NCBI GenBank assembly: GCA_903867855.1
Contig: CAIPTA010000179.1
Location: forward strand, 3,108-67,107
Direction of reading: 5' to 3'
DNA from: Oligoflexia bacterium
GTDB lineage: Bacteria > Bdellovibrionota > UBA1018 > CAIPTA01
DNA length: 64,000 nucleotides
Numbering within the stretch: the stretch's first letter is position 1; every line of letters begins with the position of its first letter. A program made the position numbers and the translations under genes. Shown piece by piece: positions 1-10,546 of the stretch. The notes beneath the pieces are model-generated. The model saw only the letters and a program-made list of their open reading frames with translations. It ran no database searches and was not told the DNA's origin.

Positions 1-630
1 CTCACCCTCTCCCATGTTGGGTTTCAACACTTGCTCATAGACAGCTTTAAACCAAGCCTCTGTGGAGCGCAGTAAATCCGGATTGCCATAATCGTAGAGC
101 TTCGTATTCCAGCCCCATGAGCTTTGCATATGGCTGCTCGGATACTTATTGTGAAACCACTCGGGCACAGCGCCGAAGCCTAAGAATCCCCACTCCGCAT
201 TGATATAGGGGCCGGGACGCACCATGATATGCTTGATTCCGTGTTCCTTAATGAGACGAATGAAGGTAAGCACATCACGAGAGGGATAATCCGGATTGCC
301 ATCGCCATCTTCATCCACAGTGCCGGTGAAATCGAATTTCCCCTCTTGGTACTCATGGAAATCCCAGGGAATATAGAAGCTCACTGCGTTCATCTTGGCT
401 TCTACCACTTTATCTAGGGCGCGATTCCAGAGCTGCATCACCTGATCGCGGGATTGGTTTGGTCCATAGCCGCCACGAAGGCGAAAATACTGCACTTCAG
501 CGCCGAAGATTTGTGGCTGCTTTACCCCATCAATCACCAGCTGATTGTCACTCACGCGCACGCTGCGATCCGCCCAAGCGAATGGCGCGAGCAATAAGCC
601 CACGAAGCTCAATACGAGATATTTTTGCAT
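1..630 (-). CDS. Glycoside hydrolase family 35-like (beta-galactosidase-like) secreted protein, N-terminal 210 aa; C-terminus lies off the left edge
   Basis: Own minus-strand translation from ATG at 630-628. It gives MQKYLVLSFVGLLLAPFAWA (signal peptide), then FGAEVQYFRL, NAVSFYIPWDFHE and VRPGPYINAEWGFLGFGAVPEW. These match conserved GH35 N-terminal barrel motifs. The frame is open to position 1, so it is absent from the ORF track. Confidence 0.6.
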   Translation of the reverse strand, partial: MQKYLVLSFVGLLLAPFAWADRSVRVSDNQLVIDGVKQPQIFGAEVQYFRLRGGYGPNQSRDQVMQLWNRALDKVVEAKMNAVSFYIPWDFHEYQEGKFDFTGTVDEDGDGNPDYPSRDVLTFIRLIKEHGIKHIMVRPGPYINAEWGFLGFGAVPEWFHNKYPSSHMQSSWGWNTKLYDYGNPDLLRSTEAWFKAVYEQVLKPNMGEGE

Positions 631-733
631 GGAATTTCCCCCGGCGGTTTTTTCTCATAAACGGGAGACCCAAGCAAGCAAAGGCCCATTTTAACACTGC
701 GCACTACACGCTTTTTCCTAGTATGGTTGGCCC

Positions 734-2281
734 ATGTCGAAAAGCAAACAAGAAGCCTTAAGCCTACTCCAGAAGAAGCGCGCCGAATCTGAGTTCCCCA
801 TGGGAAAAGAACGCGTTGAGAAACAACATAAAGCAGGAAAACTTTCTGCTCGCGAACGGATCGCGCTCTTCCTTGATCCAGGCAGTTTTGAAGAGGTGGA
901 TCGCTTCGTTACCCATCGCTGCACAAACTTCGGCATGGAAAAGCAGCAACCCATTGGGGATGGCGTGGTAACTGGCTATGGAAAAGTAGACGGTCGCTTG
1001 GTGTATGTATTCTCCCAAGATTTTACTGTATTCGGTGGCTCTCTCTCCGGCGCTCACGCCGCGAAAATTTGCAAAGTGATGGATCTTGCCGTGAAACATG
1101 GCGCTCCCCTGATTGGTCTCAATGATTCCGGCGGGGCACGCATTCAAGAGGGCGTGGAAGCCCTCGGCGGTTACGCAGAAATTTTCTGGCGCAATGTGCA
1201 GGCTTCTGGCGTGATTCCACAACTCTCCGTGATCCTCGGCCCTTGCGCCGGTGGTGCGGTTTACTCTCCTGCCATCACCGATTTCATCACCATGGTGGAT
1301 CGTACGAGCTTTATGTTTGTGACTGGCCCAGATGTGATCAAAACCGTGACCCACGAAGAAGTAACGAAGGAAGATCTCGGCGGTGCAGGCACTCACTCGG
1401 AAACAAGCGGTGTGGCTCACTTTGTGGCGAGCGATGATGCAGCAGCCTTAAGGCACGTGAGAAAACTCTTAAGCTATCTACCTTCCAACAATAAAGAGCT
1501 CGCTCCCCGCGCAGTGGATGCCGAACGCGCGGATCGCGATACCAATAAAATTTTCCCTCTGCTTCCTGATATTGCGCAAAAGCCCTACGACATGAAAAGT
1601 CTTCTGGAAGACGTGTTCGATGAAGAATCATTTCTAGAAGTGCACGCTGAATACGCAAAAAATATTGTGGTGGGCTTCGCCCGACTCAATGGTGAATCGG
1701 TGGGCGTGGTAGCGAACCAACCTATGCACCTTGCGGGCTGCCTCAATATCGATGCCTCCCGCAAAGCGGCTCGCTTTGTGCGCTTCTGCGATAGCTTCAA
1801 TATTCCGCTTCTCACCTTTGTGGATGTGCCTGGCTTCCTTCCCGGCACGGATCAAGAGTTTGGCGGTATCATCACCCACGGCGCAAAACTTCTCTATGCA
1901 TTAGCAGAAGCGACAGTGCCCAAGATCACCCTCATCACCCGCAAAGCCTATGGCGGGGCCTATGATGTGATGGCGTCGAAACATATCCGCGCCGATTTTA
2001 ACTTTGCCTATCCCAACGCAGAGATCGCCGTGATGGGTCCGGAAGGCGCGATCAATATCTTGCACAAAGAAAAAGTGGCAAAAGATCCGTCTCTAGCACC
2101 TAAGCTTGTAGAAGAATATCGCGATACCTTTGCTAACCCTTATCTGGCAGCCTCCTTAGGCTATGTGGACGAAGTGATTGATCCGAAAGATACTCGCCGC
2201 AAGCTCGCTCGCGCCCTAGACGCTTGCAAAAATAAAAAAGAAATTCGCCCCTCCCGCAAACACGGGAATATCCCACTGTAG
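734..2281 (+). CDS. pccB: Propionyl-CoA carboxylase beta chain / methylmalonyl-CoA carboxyltransferase
   Basis: 515 aa with a full-length carboxyltransferase signature ([19 protein letters not shown], two crotonase-like halves). ATG start at 734. Confidence 0.9.
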   Translation: MSKSKQEALSLLQKKRAESEFPMGKERVEKQHKAGKLSARERIALFLDPGSFEEVDRFVTHRCTNFGMEKQQPIGDGVVTGYGKVDGRLVYVFSQDFTVFGGSLSGAHAAKICKVMDLAVKHGAPLIGLNDSGGARIQEGVEALGGYAEIFWRNVQASGVIPQLSVILGPCAGGAVYSPAITDFITMVDRTSFMFVTGPDVIKTVTHEEVTKEDLGGAGTHSETSGVAHFVASDDAAALRHVRKLLSYLPSNNKELAPRAVDAERADRDTNKIFPLLPDIAQKPYDMKSLLEDVFDEESFLEVHAEYAKNIVVGFARLNGESVGVVANQPMHLAGCLNIDASRKAARFVRFCDSFNIPLLTFVDVPGFLPGTDQEFGGIITHGAKLLYALAEATVPKITLITRKAYGGAYDVMASKHIRADFNFAYPNAEIAVMGPEGAINILHKEKVAKDPSLAPKLVEEYRDTFANPYLAASLGYVDEVIDPKDTRRKLARALDACKNKKEIRPSRKHGNIPL

Positions 2282-2290
2282 GTTTTTTCT

Positions 2291-3784
2291 ATGACAAAAC
2301 TTCCCTTCACTAAAGTGCTGATTGCAAATCGCGGCGAGATCGCCGTGCGGGTGATCCGTGCAGCACGCGAACTGAAATTAAAAACAGTAGCTGTTTACTC
2401 TGAAGCAGATCGCAATAATGCCCACGTGCTCTTTGCGGATGAAGCCGTTTTCATCGGAGAATCAGAAGCGAAGAAAAGTTATTTAGTGGCCGAAAAAATT
2501 CTAGCCGCCGCGAAACAAACTGGCGCGGATGCCATCCACCCAGGATTTGGATTCCTATCGGAAAATGCAGAATTTGCCCGCACTTGCAAAAAAGCAGGCA
2601 TCACTTTCATTGGCCCCACACCAGAAGCCATCGATCTCATGGGCGATAAACTTGCCGCCAGAGAAGCGATGAAAAAAGCAGGCGTGCCAATCGTGCCTGG
2701 CTCCGATGGCGCACTCAAAGATTTTTCGGAAGCAAAGCAAGTGGCGACGCAAATTGGTTTCCCGGTGATCCTGAAGGCAGCAGCCGGTGGCGGCGGTAAG
2801 GGTATGCGCATCGCAAACTCCATGCAGGAACTAGAGCAAAATTTCTCCCTCGTGCAGAGTGAAGCGCAAAACTATTTTGGCGATCCTTCCGTGTTCTTGG
2901 AAAGATACGCAAAAGACCCTCATCATATCGAAGTGCAAATCATCGCAGACCAGCATGGAAATGTTTGCCATCTTTTTGAGCGCGAATGCTCCGTGCAGCG
3001 CCGCCACCAAAAGGTGATCGAAGAGGCGCCAGCGCCATTTCTTCATGGTCACAATGAAGTGCGTGAACGCTTATTCAAAGTTGCCGTGGAAGGCGCGAAA
3101 CGCATTGGTTATACGAATGCGGGCACCATGGAATTCGTGATGGACGGCGATCGCAATTTCTATTTCCTAGAAATGAATACGCGCATCCAAGTGGAACATC
3201 CCGTTTCCGAGATGATCACGGGCATTGATCTTGTGAAAGAGCAGCTGCTAGTCGCTGGCGGACAAAAACTCTCCTTCTCTCAAGATACTCTCCACCTGCA
3301 CGGCGCGGCGATCGAATGCCGTCTCTACGCTGAAAATCCGCATAGTTTTTTACCGTCCCCCGGCCCTATTGAAGAAATCGTTTTCCCCGGCGGCCCCTTC
3401 ACTCGCGTAGATTCCGCAATGCTACCCGGACAAGTGATCCCACTTGAATACGATCCGATGATTGCGAAGCTCTCCACCTGGGGACGCACCCGCGAAGAAT
3501 GCATGAACCGTATGGAACGCGCCCTCGCAGAAACCGTGGTGGCAGGCTCGCTTACTAATCTCGAATTCTTGCGACGCGCTCTCGCTCATCCCATTTTTCG
3601 CAAAGGGAATTATACCACGAGCTTTATCCAGGATAATAAGGAAGCGCTTACCAACACCAAGCTGCTCCCTCCTGGAATCGAGAGCGAAGAGGCATTGCGG
3701 GCTATGCTTTCTCTACTCGCAGAAACAGAATCAAACACGCTTACCCAAGGCCTGAGCGCAAATTGGTGGAAAACCTATGAGTGA
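2291..3784 (+). CDS. accC: Biotin carboxylase subunit (acetyl/propionyl-CoA carboxylase alpha, no fused BCCP domain)
   Basis: 497 aa with an ATP-grasp biotin carboxylase (KVLIANRGEIA, GGGGKGMRIA, EMNTRIQVEH). It ends without a biotinyl domain. Confidence 0.9.
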   Translation: MTKLPFTKVLIANRGEIAVRVIRAARELKLKTVAVYSEADRNNAHVLFADEAVFIGESEAKKSYLVAEKILAAAKQTGADAIHPGFGFLSENAEFARTCKKAGITFIGPTPEAIDLMGDKLAAREAMKKAGVPIVPGSDGALKDFSEAKQVATQIGFPVILKAAAGGGGKGMRIANSMQELEQNFSLVQSEAQNYFGDPSVFLERYAKDPHHIEVQIIADQHGNVCHLFERECSVQRRHQKVIEEAPAPFLHGHNEVRERLFKVAVEGAKRIGYTNAGTMEFVMDGDRNFYFLEMNTRIQVEHPVSEMITGIDLVKEQLLVAGGQKLSFSQDTLHLHGAAIECRLYAENPHSFLPSPGPIEEIVFPGGPFTRVDSAMLPGQVIPLEYDPMIAKLSTWGRTREECMNRMERALAETVVAGSLTNLEFLRRALAHPIFRKGNYTTSFIQDNKEALTNTKLLPPGIESEEALRAMLSLLAETESNTLTQGLSANWWKTYE

Positions 3785-4295
3785 TAAAAACTATACCCTC
3801 GCGAGCGGCGAAACATTTCTCGTGAAGCGCCTTGGAGAGAACCAGAGCTCGGTAACGAAATCATCAGAAAAATTAGGTCAGCATTTTTCTCATTCTTTCG
3901 AAAAAGAGAAATTGAGCGATAAGACCACTCGCATCCACTTCGAGCATGGAAAATCTCGCAATGCCATTTGGGTCTACCGCAGTAAAGGAAAACGTATTCT
4001 CTCCTGGCCTGGGGGTAGTATCGAACTTGATGCCAGCGACTATTCCGAAAATGCAGCGAGCGGCGGCGGAGCCCTAAAGCCCTTGAAGCTCACCATGCCC
4101 GGCAAAGTGCTCAGCGTGAAGGTTGCGGAAGGCGATACAGTGGACGCCGGGCAAGCCCTCGTGATCGTTGAAGCCATGAAGATGGAAAATCTGCTACTCG
4201 CTACTGCGAAAGCGAAGATCGCAAAAATTCATGTGTCTGCAGGAGACCGCCTAGAATCCGGCACCATTCTGATTAGCTTCGAGGCTGTACCGTGA
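3777..4295 (+). CDS. Biotin carboxyl carrier-type protein (C-terminal biotinyl/lipoyl domain with an unrecognised ~95-aa N-terminal part)
   Basis: Biotinylation motif EAMKMEN near the C-terminus. ATGA-type overlap with accC and GTGA overlap with the next gene indicate translational coupling. Confidence 0.75.
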   Translation: MSDKNYTLASGETFLVKRLGENQSSVTKSSEKLGQHFSHSFEKEKLSDKTTRIHFEHGKSRNAIWVYRSKGKRILSWPGGSIELDASDYSENAASGGGALKPLKLTMPGKVLSVKVAEGDTVDAGQALVIVEAMKMENLLLATAKAKIAKIHVSAGDRLESGTILISFEAVP

Positions 4296-5860
4296 AAGAT
4301 AGTTCAAAGTCCAACTGCAGCACTCCCTCCGGCCTCCAGCTTGCCACCAACTATGGCCCGGCAGAATCAAAGCCGGGCACATTTCCTTATCTGCGTGGCA
4401 TTCACCCGGATATGTATCGCGGACGCCTCTGGACCATGCGCCAATACGCAGGCTTTGGCACCGCCGAGGAATCCAATAAGCGCTATCGCTACCTACTCTC
4501 CCAAGGCACTACCGGCCTCTCCTGCGCCTTCGATCTCCCCACCCAGATGGGCTATGATTCCGACCATCCCATGGCCTATGGCGAAGTGGGCCGCGTAGGT
4601 GTAGCGATCGATACGATCGAGGATATGCGAAGCTTGTTTAAGGAGATCGACTTGTCGAAGGTAACAACTTCCATGACGATCAATTCCACTGCCGGCATTC
4701 TCCTCGCACTCTATATAGCCGTCGCTGAAGAGCAAGGCGCAGATCTTAAGAAAATTTCCGGCACCATCCAGAACGATCTCCTGAAAGAGTATATTGCCCG
4801 CGGCACCTATATCTATCCGCCGAAAGCTTCGCTTCGGGTGATCACCGATATTTTCGCTTATTGCAAAGACCATGTGCCGAAGTGGAATCCCATTTCCATC
4901 TCCGGTTACCATATCCGCGAAGCGGGCTCCACGGCGGCGCAAGAGCTTGCTTTCACACTGATGAACGGCTTCACCTATGTGGAAGCAGCCCTAGCCGCTG
5001 GCCTCAGTGTGGACGAATTTGCTCCTCGCCTCTCCTTCTTCTTCAATGCGCACAATCATATCTTTGAGGAAGTGGCAAAATTCCGCGTGGCGAGAAAACT
5101 CTGGGCCACCACACTCAAAGAAAAATATGGCGCGAAAGATTCAAATTCCTTAAAGCTTCGCTTCCATGCGCAGACGGCGGGATCCATGCTCTCTGCGCAG
5201 CAGCCCGAAAATAATATCGTGCGTGTAGGCTTGCAGGCGCTCGCAGCCGTGCTCGGTGGCGCGCAGAGCCTCCACACGAATGGCTTTGATGAAGCACTAT
5301 CTCTACCCACGGAATCTAGCGCTAAGCTTGCCCTCCGCACTCAGCAGATTATCGCCTTTGAAAGTGGCGCAGCCGATGTGGCAGACCCTTTGGGTGGTTC
5401 CTATCTCGTAGAAGAATTAACTCGCACGCTGGAGAGCGAAACCCAGCGCTACTGGAAAGAAATCGCAGATCGCGGCGGCATGATTGCCTGCATCGAATCC
5501 GGTTATGTGCAGAAGGAAATTCAAGAAGCCGCTTATCGCACGCAGCTCGCCATGGATAAAGCTGAATTCCTGCAAGTGGGCGTAAACTGTTTCCAAGGGG
5601 AAGACGATAAAGAGCCCGATCTTTTGAAAATCTCCCTCGCGATCCAAGAGAAGCAAGTGAAACGTCTCAAGAAATTCAAGGCGAAGCGGGATCAAAAGAA
5701 AACTCTCGAGGCTCTCGCTAAACTAGAAAGAGCAGCCAGCGGAAAAGAAAACCTCATGCCCTCGATTGTGAATGCGGTGAAGGCGAATGCTTCGCTCGGC
5801 GAAGTGAGCGATGTGCTCCGAAAAGTTTTTGGAATGCATCGAGAAATTCCAACAGTCTAA
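4292..5860 (+). CDS. Methylmalonyl-CoA mutase family, catalytic (N-terminal barrel) subunit without B12-binding domain
   Basis: 522 aa with [24 protein letters not shown] and related MCM motifs. No C-terminal cobalamin-binding domain in this ORF. Confidence 0.85.
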   Translation: MKDSSKSNCSTPSGLQLATNYGPAESKPGTFPYLRGIHPDMYRGRLWTMRQYAGFGTAEESNKRYRYLLSQGTTGLSCAFDLPTQMGYDSDHPMAYGEVGRVGVAIDTIEDMRSLFKEIDLSKVTTSMTINSTAGILLALYIAVAEEQGADLKKISGTIQNDLLKEYIARGTYIYPPKASLRVITDIFAYCKDHVPKWNPISISGYHIREAGSTAAQELAFTLMNGFTYVEAALAAGLSVDEFAPRLSFFFNAHNHIFEEVAKFRVARKLWATTLKEKYGAKDSNSLKLRFHAQTAGSMLSAQQPENNIVRVGLQALAAVLGGAQSLHTNGFDEALSLPTESSAKLALRTQQIIAFESGAADVADPLGGSYLVEELTRTLESETQRYWKEIADRGGMIACIESGYVQKEIQEAAYRTQLAMDKAEFLQVGVNCFQGEDDKEPDLLKISLAIQEKQVKRLKKFKAKRDQKKTLEALAKLERAASGKENLMPSIVNAVKANASLGEVSDVLRKVFGMHREIPTV

Positions 5861-5868
5861 AGGCGAAT

Positions 5869-8406
5869 TTATCGGCCCGTTACTTTAAGTGTGCCCACTT
5901 GGAAACCTGTCTTATCCGTAATCCAAGGAACGAGGGATGCTCCAGTTCCATAGTGGCTCACCAGCTTTTGACCACTGGGGCTTAAGAGTCCGACTACGAT
6001 TTTATAACTTCCAGCAGGTAGTCCGGCTGGAACTGCAGCAATACGATTTTGAGAATAGCTTCCAGACCAATTTAAGCTTGGCAAATCAGGCTGAATATAA
6101 TCGCTGAAAGCGCCACCATTGATGGTTACGAAATGATTATTGCTATCCAAAAACCAAACATAGATTGCGTAGTTCTGGGAGAGTTTTTTGCCAGAGGCTA
6201 CAGAAAAATTATATTGTATGCTGTAGCTATCTCCAGCTTTCACAGAAATTGAGGCTGGACTAGCGCCATTGACGCTTACTTTATTCGCATCGTTGTCTAT
6301 CGGCGCAGAGCAAGTTGCTGTGGGAGTGGCAAATATAGATCCATTCCCATCTAGCCATTTTCCGTTATTGCAAGTGAGGGCAGCACCTTTGCAAGAGCTA
6401 CCTGCCGGAACTGTAGACTGCGCATACGCATAAGGAATAGTAGATCCATGCGCCATAGAAGCACCATTATAGGTGCAGGCCGCAGGAGCCTGCACGGTGC
6501 AGTTTGCATAAGGAAAGAGGGTGGACGACCACGTACCACTGCTGCAACCGAGAGTGGAAACATTACTTGGATCAGTGCACGACTTACCAAAGGCTACAGA
6601 GTTTTTCGCATAGGCCGTAGCGCTTTCCCCACTGCGATAGCTAAACGTTGAACCCTTAAGAACGCAGCCAGTTGGATCTTTCACTGTAAGTGTTCCCATT
6701 TGAATGCCTGTAGAATTCTCGTAGTAACTCACTGCCTTGGTGCCGCTTCCTGGCAAGACTGAAATACTAGCCGTACTTAAGATCTGTTTCAGGTCGGAAG
6801 CTGTCGTCGCGGTATTTTCGTAACGAACTGTGTATAAACCACCGACAATTTTATAGGTTCCCCCGCGAAAAATTGAGCTGGGCAAGGTGGTGCTCTTGGT
6901 AAAAGTAGTATTGTTTGTCCAAGCCGATATATCTGCTGGCACTATCTGATCCGCATATTTCCACTCATCCGCTTTTGTATCCGGATTTTGATACAAGAAG
7001 TGGATAAACATCGAATAGTTTTGCGAAAGCGGTTTCTTACTATCTACGCTTGCGTGATAAGTCACCGTGAGAGCGCTATCCAAATTAGCGGTAAACGAAG
7101 ATGCAGTGGCCTGATTAAGGGTTACTTTCCCACCATCCACCGTAGAGGGCCCAAATAGCTTCCGAAATAGAGCAGAGGCTTGCGGGAAAGCGGTAGCCAC
7201 TGGCTGACCTACGGGAGTGGTGTCTTGACTATTGCACCAATTGCAAAGCGAGTGATCGCCATCGGATTTAGAGGAATCTTGGTCGTAGTATGTGGCAAAG
7301 GCGACATTATTACTTGGATCCATGATCCAATTAAACATCTGCTGCACGAAGTATGAGTTATCATAGGGAGAGCCCGCGCCGTCAAAACCGCGAATGAGCC
7401 CCCATTCTGGAAGCGTCATGGGCTTGCCCTTCGATTTTGCAAAGGCGGTGAACGTAGCTAAACCCCTTGGGCTCGGCCCCCAATTGGCATCATAGGTATC
7501 ATTCAAAATATCATCCCATACATTCTTTTGTGCGAGAGCAATTGTAGCTTGCTGATCTGCCGTTGGATTCGAGATACCAACGGGAATATTTCCGATGTAC
7601 TGCACATAGGACCAATCTAAATCATAAACATCAGCCCCAATTTGATCCACATAGGAAAAGCCATTGTCATCTTCGGGATAGATGAGTTCCGCATCAATCA
7701 CTGAATATTTCGTAGGATCTTTAAGATAGCCCAAGGCCACGTTCCAATTAAAAACAAATTGATCTTTGCCGTCGCCCTTACTGTTGGGGATATTGGGATC
7801 AGCCCCGCGAAGTATCTTCACAATCCTTTTATAATAGGCCTTCCATGCTTTCGGATTATCTGCGGCACGCGAGGGAAACCAATATCCATTCATTTCCCAG
7901 CCGATGCGAAGCGTGGCGTTTTGAAATCCATTCGCCAAAAGATTGTAGCGAAAGGATTTCCAATAGGCGTCGAAACCTCCTGCTGCACCCTCTGCAAGAG
8001 CATTTGCAACGCGATCGTCGTATCCATCGTTCATATCATCATACTTAGGCAGCATATTCACCGCGAGTATCATGCGAGTATTGTAGGGCTTCCATGTGCT
8101 TAAATAGGCTGGGTTTCCACAACTATTATTATTTACACAAGAGTTGCCCGTTCCACGCATGTCATCCCAGTTCGCATTACTCATCGCATCGGAGGCATAG
8201 TCAACCTTACGTCCGAGCCATTTTTCGTAGGCGGCAATTTGATCAGCGTCGATAATCCCAGGCACCATCTGCTTTAAAGAGTTGTCCCAGAAACCTATAT
8301 TGGCGCTCCAGCCCTTGTACACGCCAATTTTCGGAGCTGCCTCCGCACGCACTGAAATGCCAATAATAATGAAAGTAAAACACAGACAAAGAAATCTGCT
8401 AAACAT
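5869..8406 (-). CDS. Large secreted protein: clan GH-A (GH26-like) glycosidase domain plus duplicated C-terminal beta-sandwich and Cys-rich modules
   Basis: Signal peptide. GWEMNGYWFP and LPEWGL motifs resemble the GH26 acid/base and nucleophile regions. Internal duplication is visible (LSQNYSMFIHF / LSQNYAIYVWF; GGTYKIVGGLYT / AGSYKIVVGLLS). Confidence 0.5.
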   Translation of the reverse strand: MFSRFLCLCFTFIIIGISVRAEAAPKIGVYKGWSANIGFWDNSLKQMVPGIIDADQIAAYEKWLGRKVDYASDAMSNANWDDMRGTGNSCVNNNSCGNPAYLSTWKPYNTRMILAVNMLPKYDDMNDGYDDRVANALAEGAAGGFDAYWKSFRYNLLANGFQNATLRIGWEMNGYWFPSRAADNPKAWKAYYKRIVKILRGADPNIPNSKGDGKDQFVFNWNVALGYLKDPTKYSVIDAELIYPEDDNGFSYVDQIGADVYDLDWSYVQYIGNIPVGISNPTADQQATIALAQKNVWDDILNDTYDANWGPSPRGLATFTAFAKSKGKPMTLPEWGLIRGFDGAGSPYDNSYFVQQMFNWIMDPSNNVAFATYYDQDSSKSDGDHSLCNWCNSQDTTPVGQPVATAFPQASALFRKLFGPSTVDGGKVTLNQATASSFTANLDSALTVTYHASVDSKKPLSQNYSMFIHFLYQNPDTKADEWKYADQIVPADISAWTNNTTFTKSTTLPSSIFRGGTYKIVGGLYTVRYENTATTASDLKQILSTASISVLPGSGTKAVSYYENSTGIQMGTLTVKDPTGCVLKGSTFSYRSGESATAYAKNSVAFGKSCTDPSNVSTLGCSSGTWSSTLFPYANCTVQAPAACTYNGASMAHGSTIPYAYAQSTVPAGSSCKGAALTCNNGKWLDGNGSIFATPTATCSAPIDNDANKVSVNGASPASISVKAGDSYSIQYNFSVASGKKLSQNYAIYVWFLDSNNHFVTINGGAFSDYIQPDLPSLNWSGSYSQNRIAAVPAGLPAGSYKIVVGLLSPSGQKLVSHYGTGASLVPWITDKTGFQVGTLKVTGR

Positions 8407-8565
8407 GAGTAGGGCTCCGCGCGTACGTGCAGCTAAGCTAAGCCAAACGATATTGGCTGGTCCCTAATTCTATCTTTTATGTGAAGTTGCAACAACTGTG
8501 TCTGCACTGACAACAGGCCCTAGACGAAATTTATTTGTACTTAATTCAATGAGTTAGGAGAACAT

Positions 8566-9123
8566 CTAATTCAAAATACTCACATCCGCCACGCCCACAG
8601 GAACTTTCTGCATCGTAAAGGGGAGAAAGTTGCCTTTTAAATACAGCGTATGAAAATATCTGTTCCCGAGCGATTGATCACTGATGGCATGCCATCCGCT
8701 TTGATCCCGTACGAGATGCACACTCTTGGAAAGATATTCTCGCAGAATAACATTATGGGGGAAAGTGAGCGTGATAATCCCGCCGTTTCGAGGATCGAGA
8801 TTTTCCGCTTTTATCGTAACAATATGACTAAACTCTCCAAAGGGAGTGGCCAAGGGAACAGATATCCCCGCATGAATTTGATTCATGCTCCAGGCAGCTT
8901 CATAGCCTGGACCCATTGCATGAGCTGATTCAATATCACCGGCTTGATCAGTGATAATAAATAGCTTGAAATCCCCATTGTTAAGCATATTTGTTTTCAG
9001 CTGAATCAATTGAATGGCAGCGCTCGCAGGAACCCTGGCACCAAGCTTGGGGCTTCGTGGCGACCCGAATAAGACTGTGGCTAAAACTAGAAATAGTCCG
9101 AAAATATATGGAATAGGCTTCAT
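8566..9123 (-). CDS. Hypothetical secreted protein
   Basis: ORF with an N-terminal hydrophobic signal (MKPIPYIFGLFLVLATVLFG). I prefer the ATG at 9123, which has GGAG 9 nt upstream, over the track's GTG at 9132. Confidence 0.5.
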   Translation of the reverse strand: MKPIPYIFGLFLVLATVLFGSPRSPKLGARVPASAAIQLIQLKTNMLNNGDFKLFIITDQAGDIESAHAMGPGYEAAWSMNQIHAGISVPLATPFGEFSHIVTIKAENLDPRNGGIITLTFPHNVILREYLSKSVHLVRDQSGWHAISDQSLGNRYFHTLYLKGNFLPFTMQKVPVGVADVSILN

Positions 9124-9237
9124 AGGTTTCACTCCGTAGTCTTCCTACAGAGCAAAGAATAGGCCATGCCTATTGGCTCTAATTCGAAGCTAAAGCCAAG
9201 AGCCTGTTGAACTTTTAGACGCTTTCTTAAGAGATAT

Positions 9238-9540
9238 TCAGAGCGTGGATTTTGGGGCTAAGTCGCGATGGCGATTCGAAGTGAGCTTTGACTTTCCGTC
9301 TAATGCATCATCCACGATAAGCTGCACGCGATGGCCATCCACCGCTTCAATTTCTTGCAATCCATCCACATGCATTTTTCGATTTTTGAAGTCTGGGTGA
9401 ATTTTTGCCTTCAGCCGAGCCTCTTCAAAAGATTCTGCCACCACGAAAAAGTTGATATGTTGCTCGAAAACACCTTCGAGCAAATCTAGATCGTAGAATC
9501 CGGCATGCACCAAATAGAGTTTAGTATTTGCGTGCGCCAA
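9238..9540 (-). CDS. DUF1543-like small protein
   Basis: 100 aa. KLYLVHAGFYD ... FFVVAESFEEAR ... HVDGLQEIEAVDGHRV resembles the DUF1543 pattern. It has a TTG start that overlaps the upstream gene's end. Confidence 0.45.
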   Translation of the reverse strand: MAHANTKLYLVHAGFYDLDLLEGVFEQHINFFVVAESFEEARLKAKIHPDFKNRKMHVDGLQEIEAVDGHRVQLIVDDALDGKSKLTSNRHRDLAPKSTL

Positions 9541-10483
9541 GGCCGATTTCCTTTAAGCGCTGATCGAGGTATTGGCCAGCCGTAATATTTGGATAGAGTT
9601 TTTCACCCACTCGACGTTCCACGCAGCGTGGAAGTGGAGAGAGATCTACTTCTGATCGAGGATGCACAAAGAACGGCATGGAAAAACGGCGCTCGCGGCT
9701 ATTATCAGGGTTCACCACACGGTGAGTGGTGCTCTTCAAGAGGCCATTCGTGAGGTTTTGGAGCATATCGCCCGTATCCACCACAATTTGACCCTTCAAT
9801 GCATGAATAGGCAGCCAAGTGCCATCGCGCTGAAGGAGCTCTAAGCCGCCGGCAGTAGCTTCACAAAGCAGAGTGATAAAATTGATATCTTCATGGGCGC
9901 CAGCGCGGATACTCGCAGGATTTGCATCTGCAGACACTTCTGGATAATTGATCACGCGAAGAATGGTGTTTCCATCGACTGCAAGGCTAGAGAGGTAATC
10001 TCTATTTTCTCCGATATACAAAGAGCAAGCATCCAAGAGATGCATGGAGCAAGTATCGAGCTGACGATAGAGCTCATTCATCACTTCTTTGAATTCAGGA
10101 ATTTCTGTTGGCCAAATATTCTTTGGGTACTCGGCGAAGAGTTTTTGATTGCGAAGAGTCTCGCGGCCCACGTGCCAGAATTCTTTCAAATCCGGGGCCT
10201 TGGAATCTTTTGCGTGTTCGCGGCCGAAGCTCGTGAAACCACGCTGGCCCTTGATCGCTAAATCTTCGTAGCTTTTCTTAGTTGCAGTGGGTAGATCAAA
10301 AAATGCTTTGGCTAGTTGATAGGCCTTTTCAATTAAGCGGTGGTCAACTCCATGGCCCTGCAGAGCGAAGAAACCAATATCTTTCAGGGCATCACCGAGA
10401 GTGGCCACAAACTTATCTTTTGACCCTTGTGAGCCATGTAGGAAATCCTGAAGATCGACAACAGGGATTGTTTGATTAGGCAT
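9521..10483 (-). CDS. 2-oxoglutarate/Fe(II)-dependent oxygenase (isopenicillin N synthase-like family)
   Basis: HxD...H facial triad context (GAHEDINFITLL, TTHRV). The start was moved to ATG 10483, which has GGAGGAG 7 nt upstream. Confidence 0.8.
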   Translation of the reverse strand: MPNQTIPVVDLQDFLHGSQGSKDKFVATLGDALKDIGFFALQGHGVDHRLIEKAYQLAKAFFDLPTATKKSYEDLAIKGQRGFTSFGREHAKDSKAPDLKEFWHVGRETLRNQKLFAEYPKNIWPTEIPEFKEVMNELYRQLDTCSMHLLDACSLYIGENRDYLSSLAVDGNTILRVINYPEVSADANPASIRAGAHEDINFITLLCEATAGGLELLQRDGTWLPIHALKGQIVVDTGDMLQNLTNGLLKSTTHRVVNPDNSRERRFSMPFFVHPRSEVDLSPLPRCVERRVGEKLYPNITAGQYLDQRLKEIGLGARKY

Positions 10484-10546
10484 AAATAACTCCTCCGCTA
10501 GCCTTCGACTTACCTCGGCATGGCGCGTTACGTCAAGCCGAAGCAC

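Noticed and set aside
764-1420. 218-aa minus-strand ORF, plus several 60-110 aa ORFs, inside the pccB/accC region
   Set aside because: They are antisense shadow ORFs within strongly supported genes. Composition is poor and no start context is visible.
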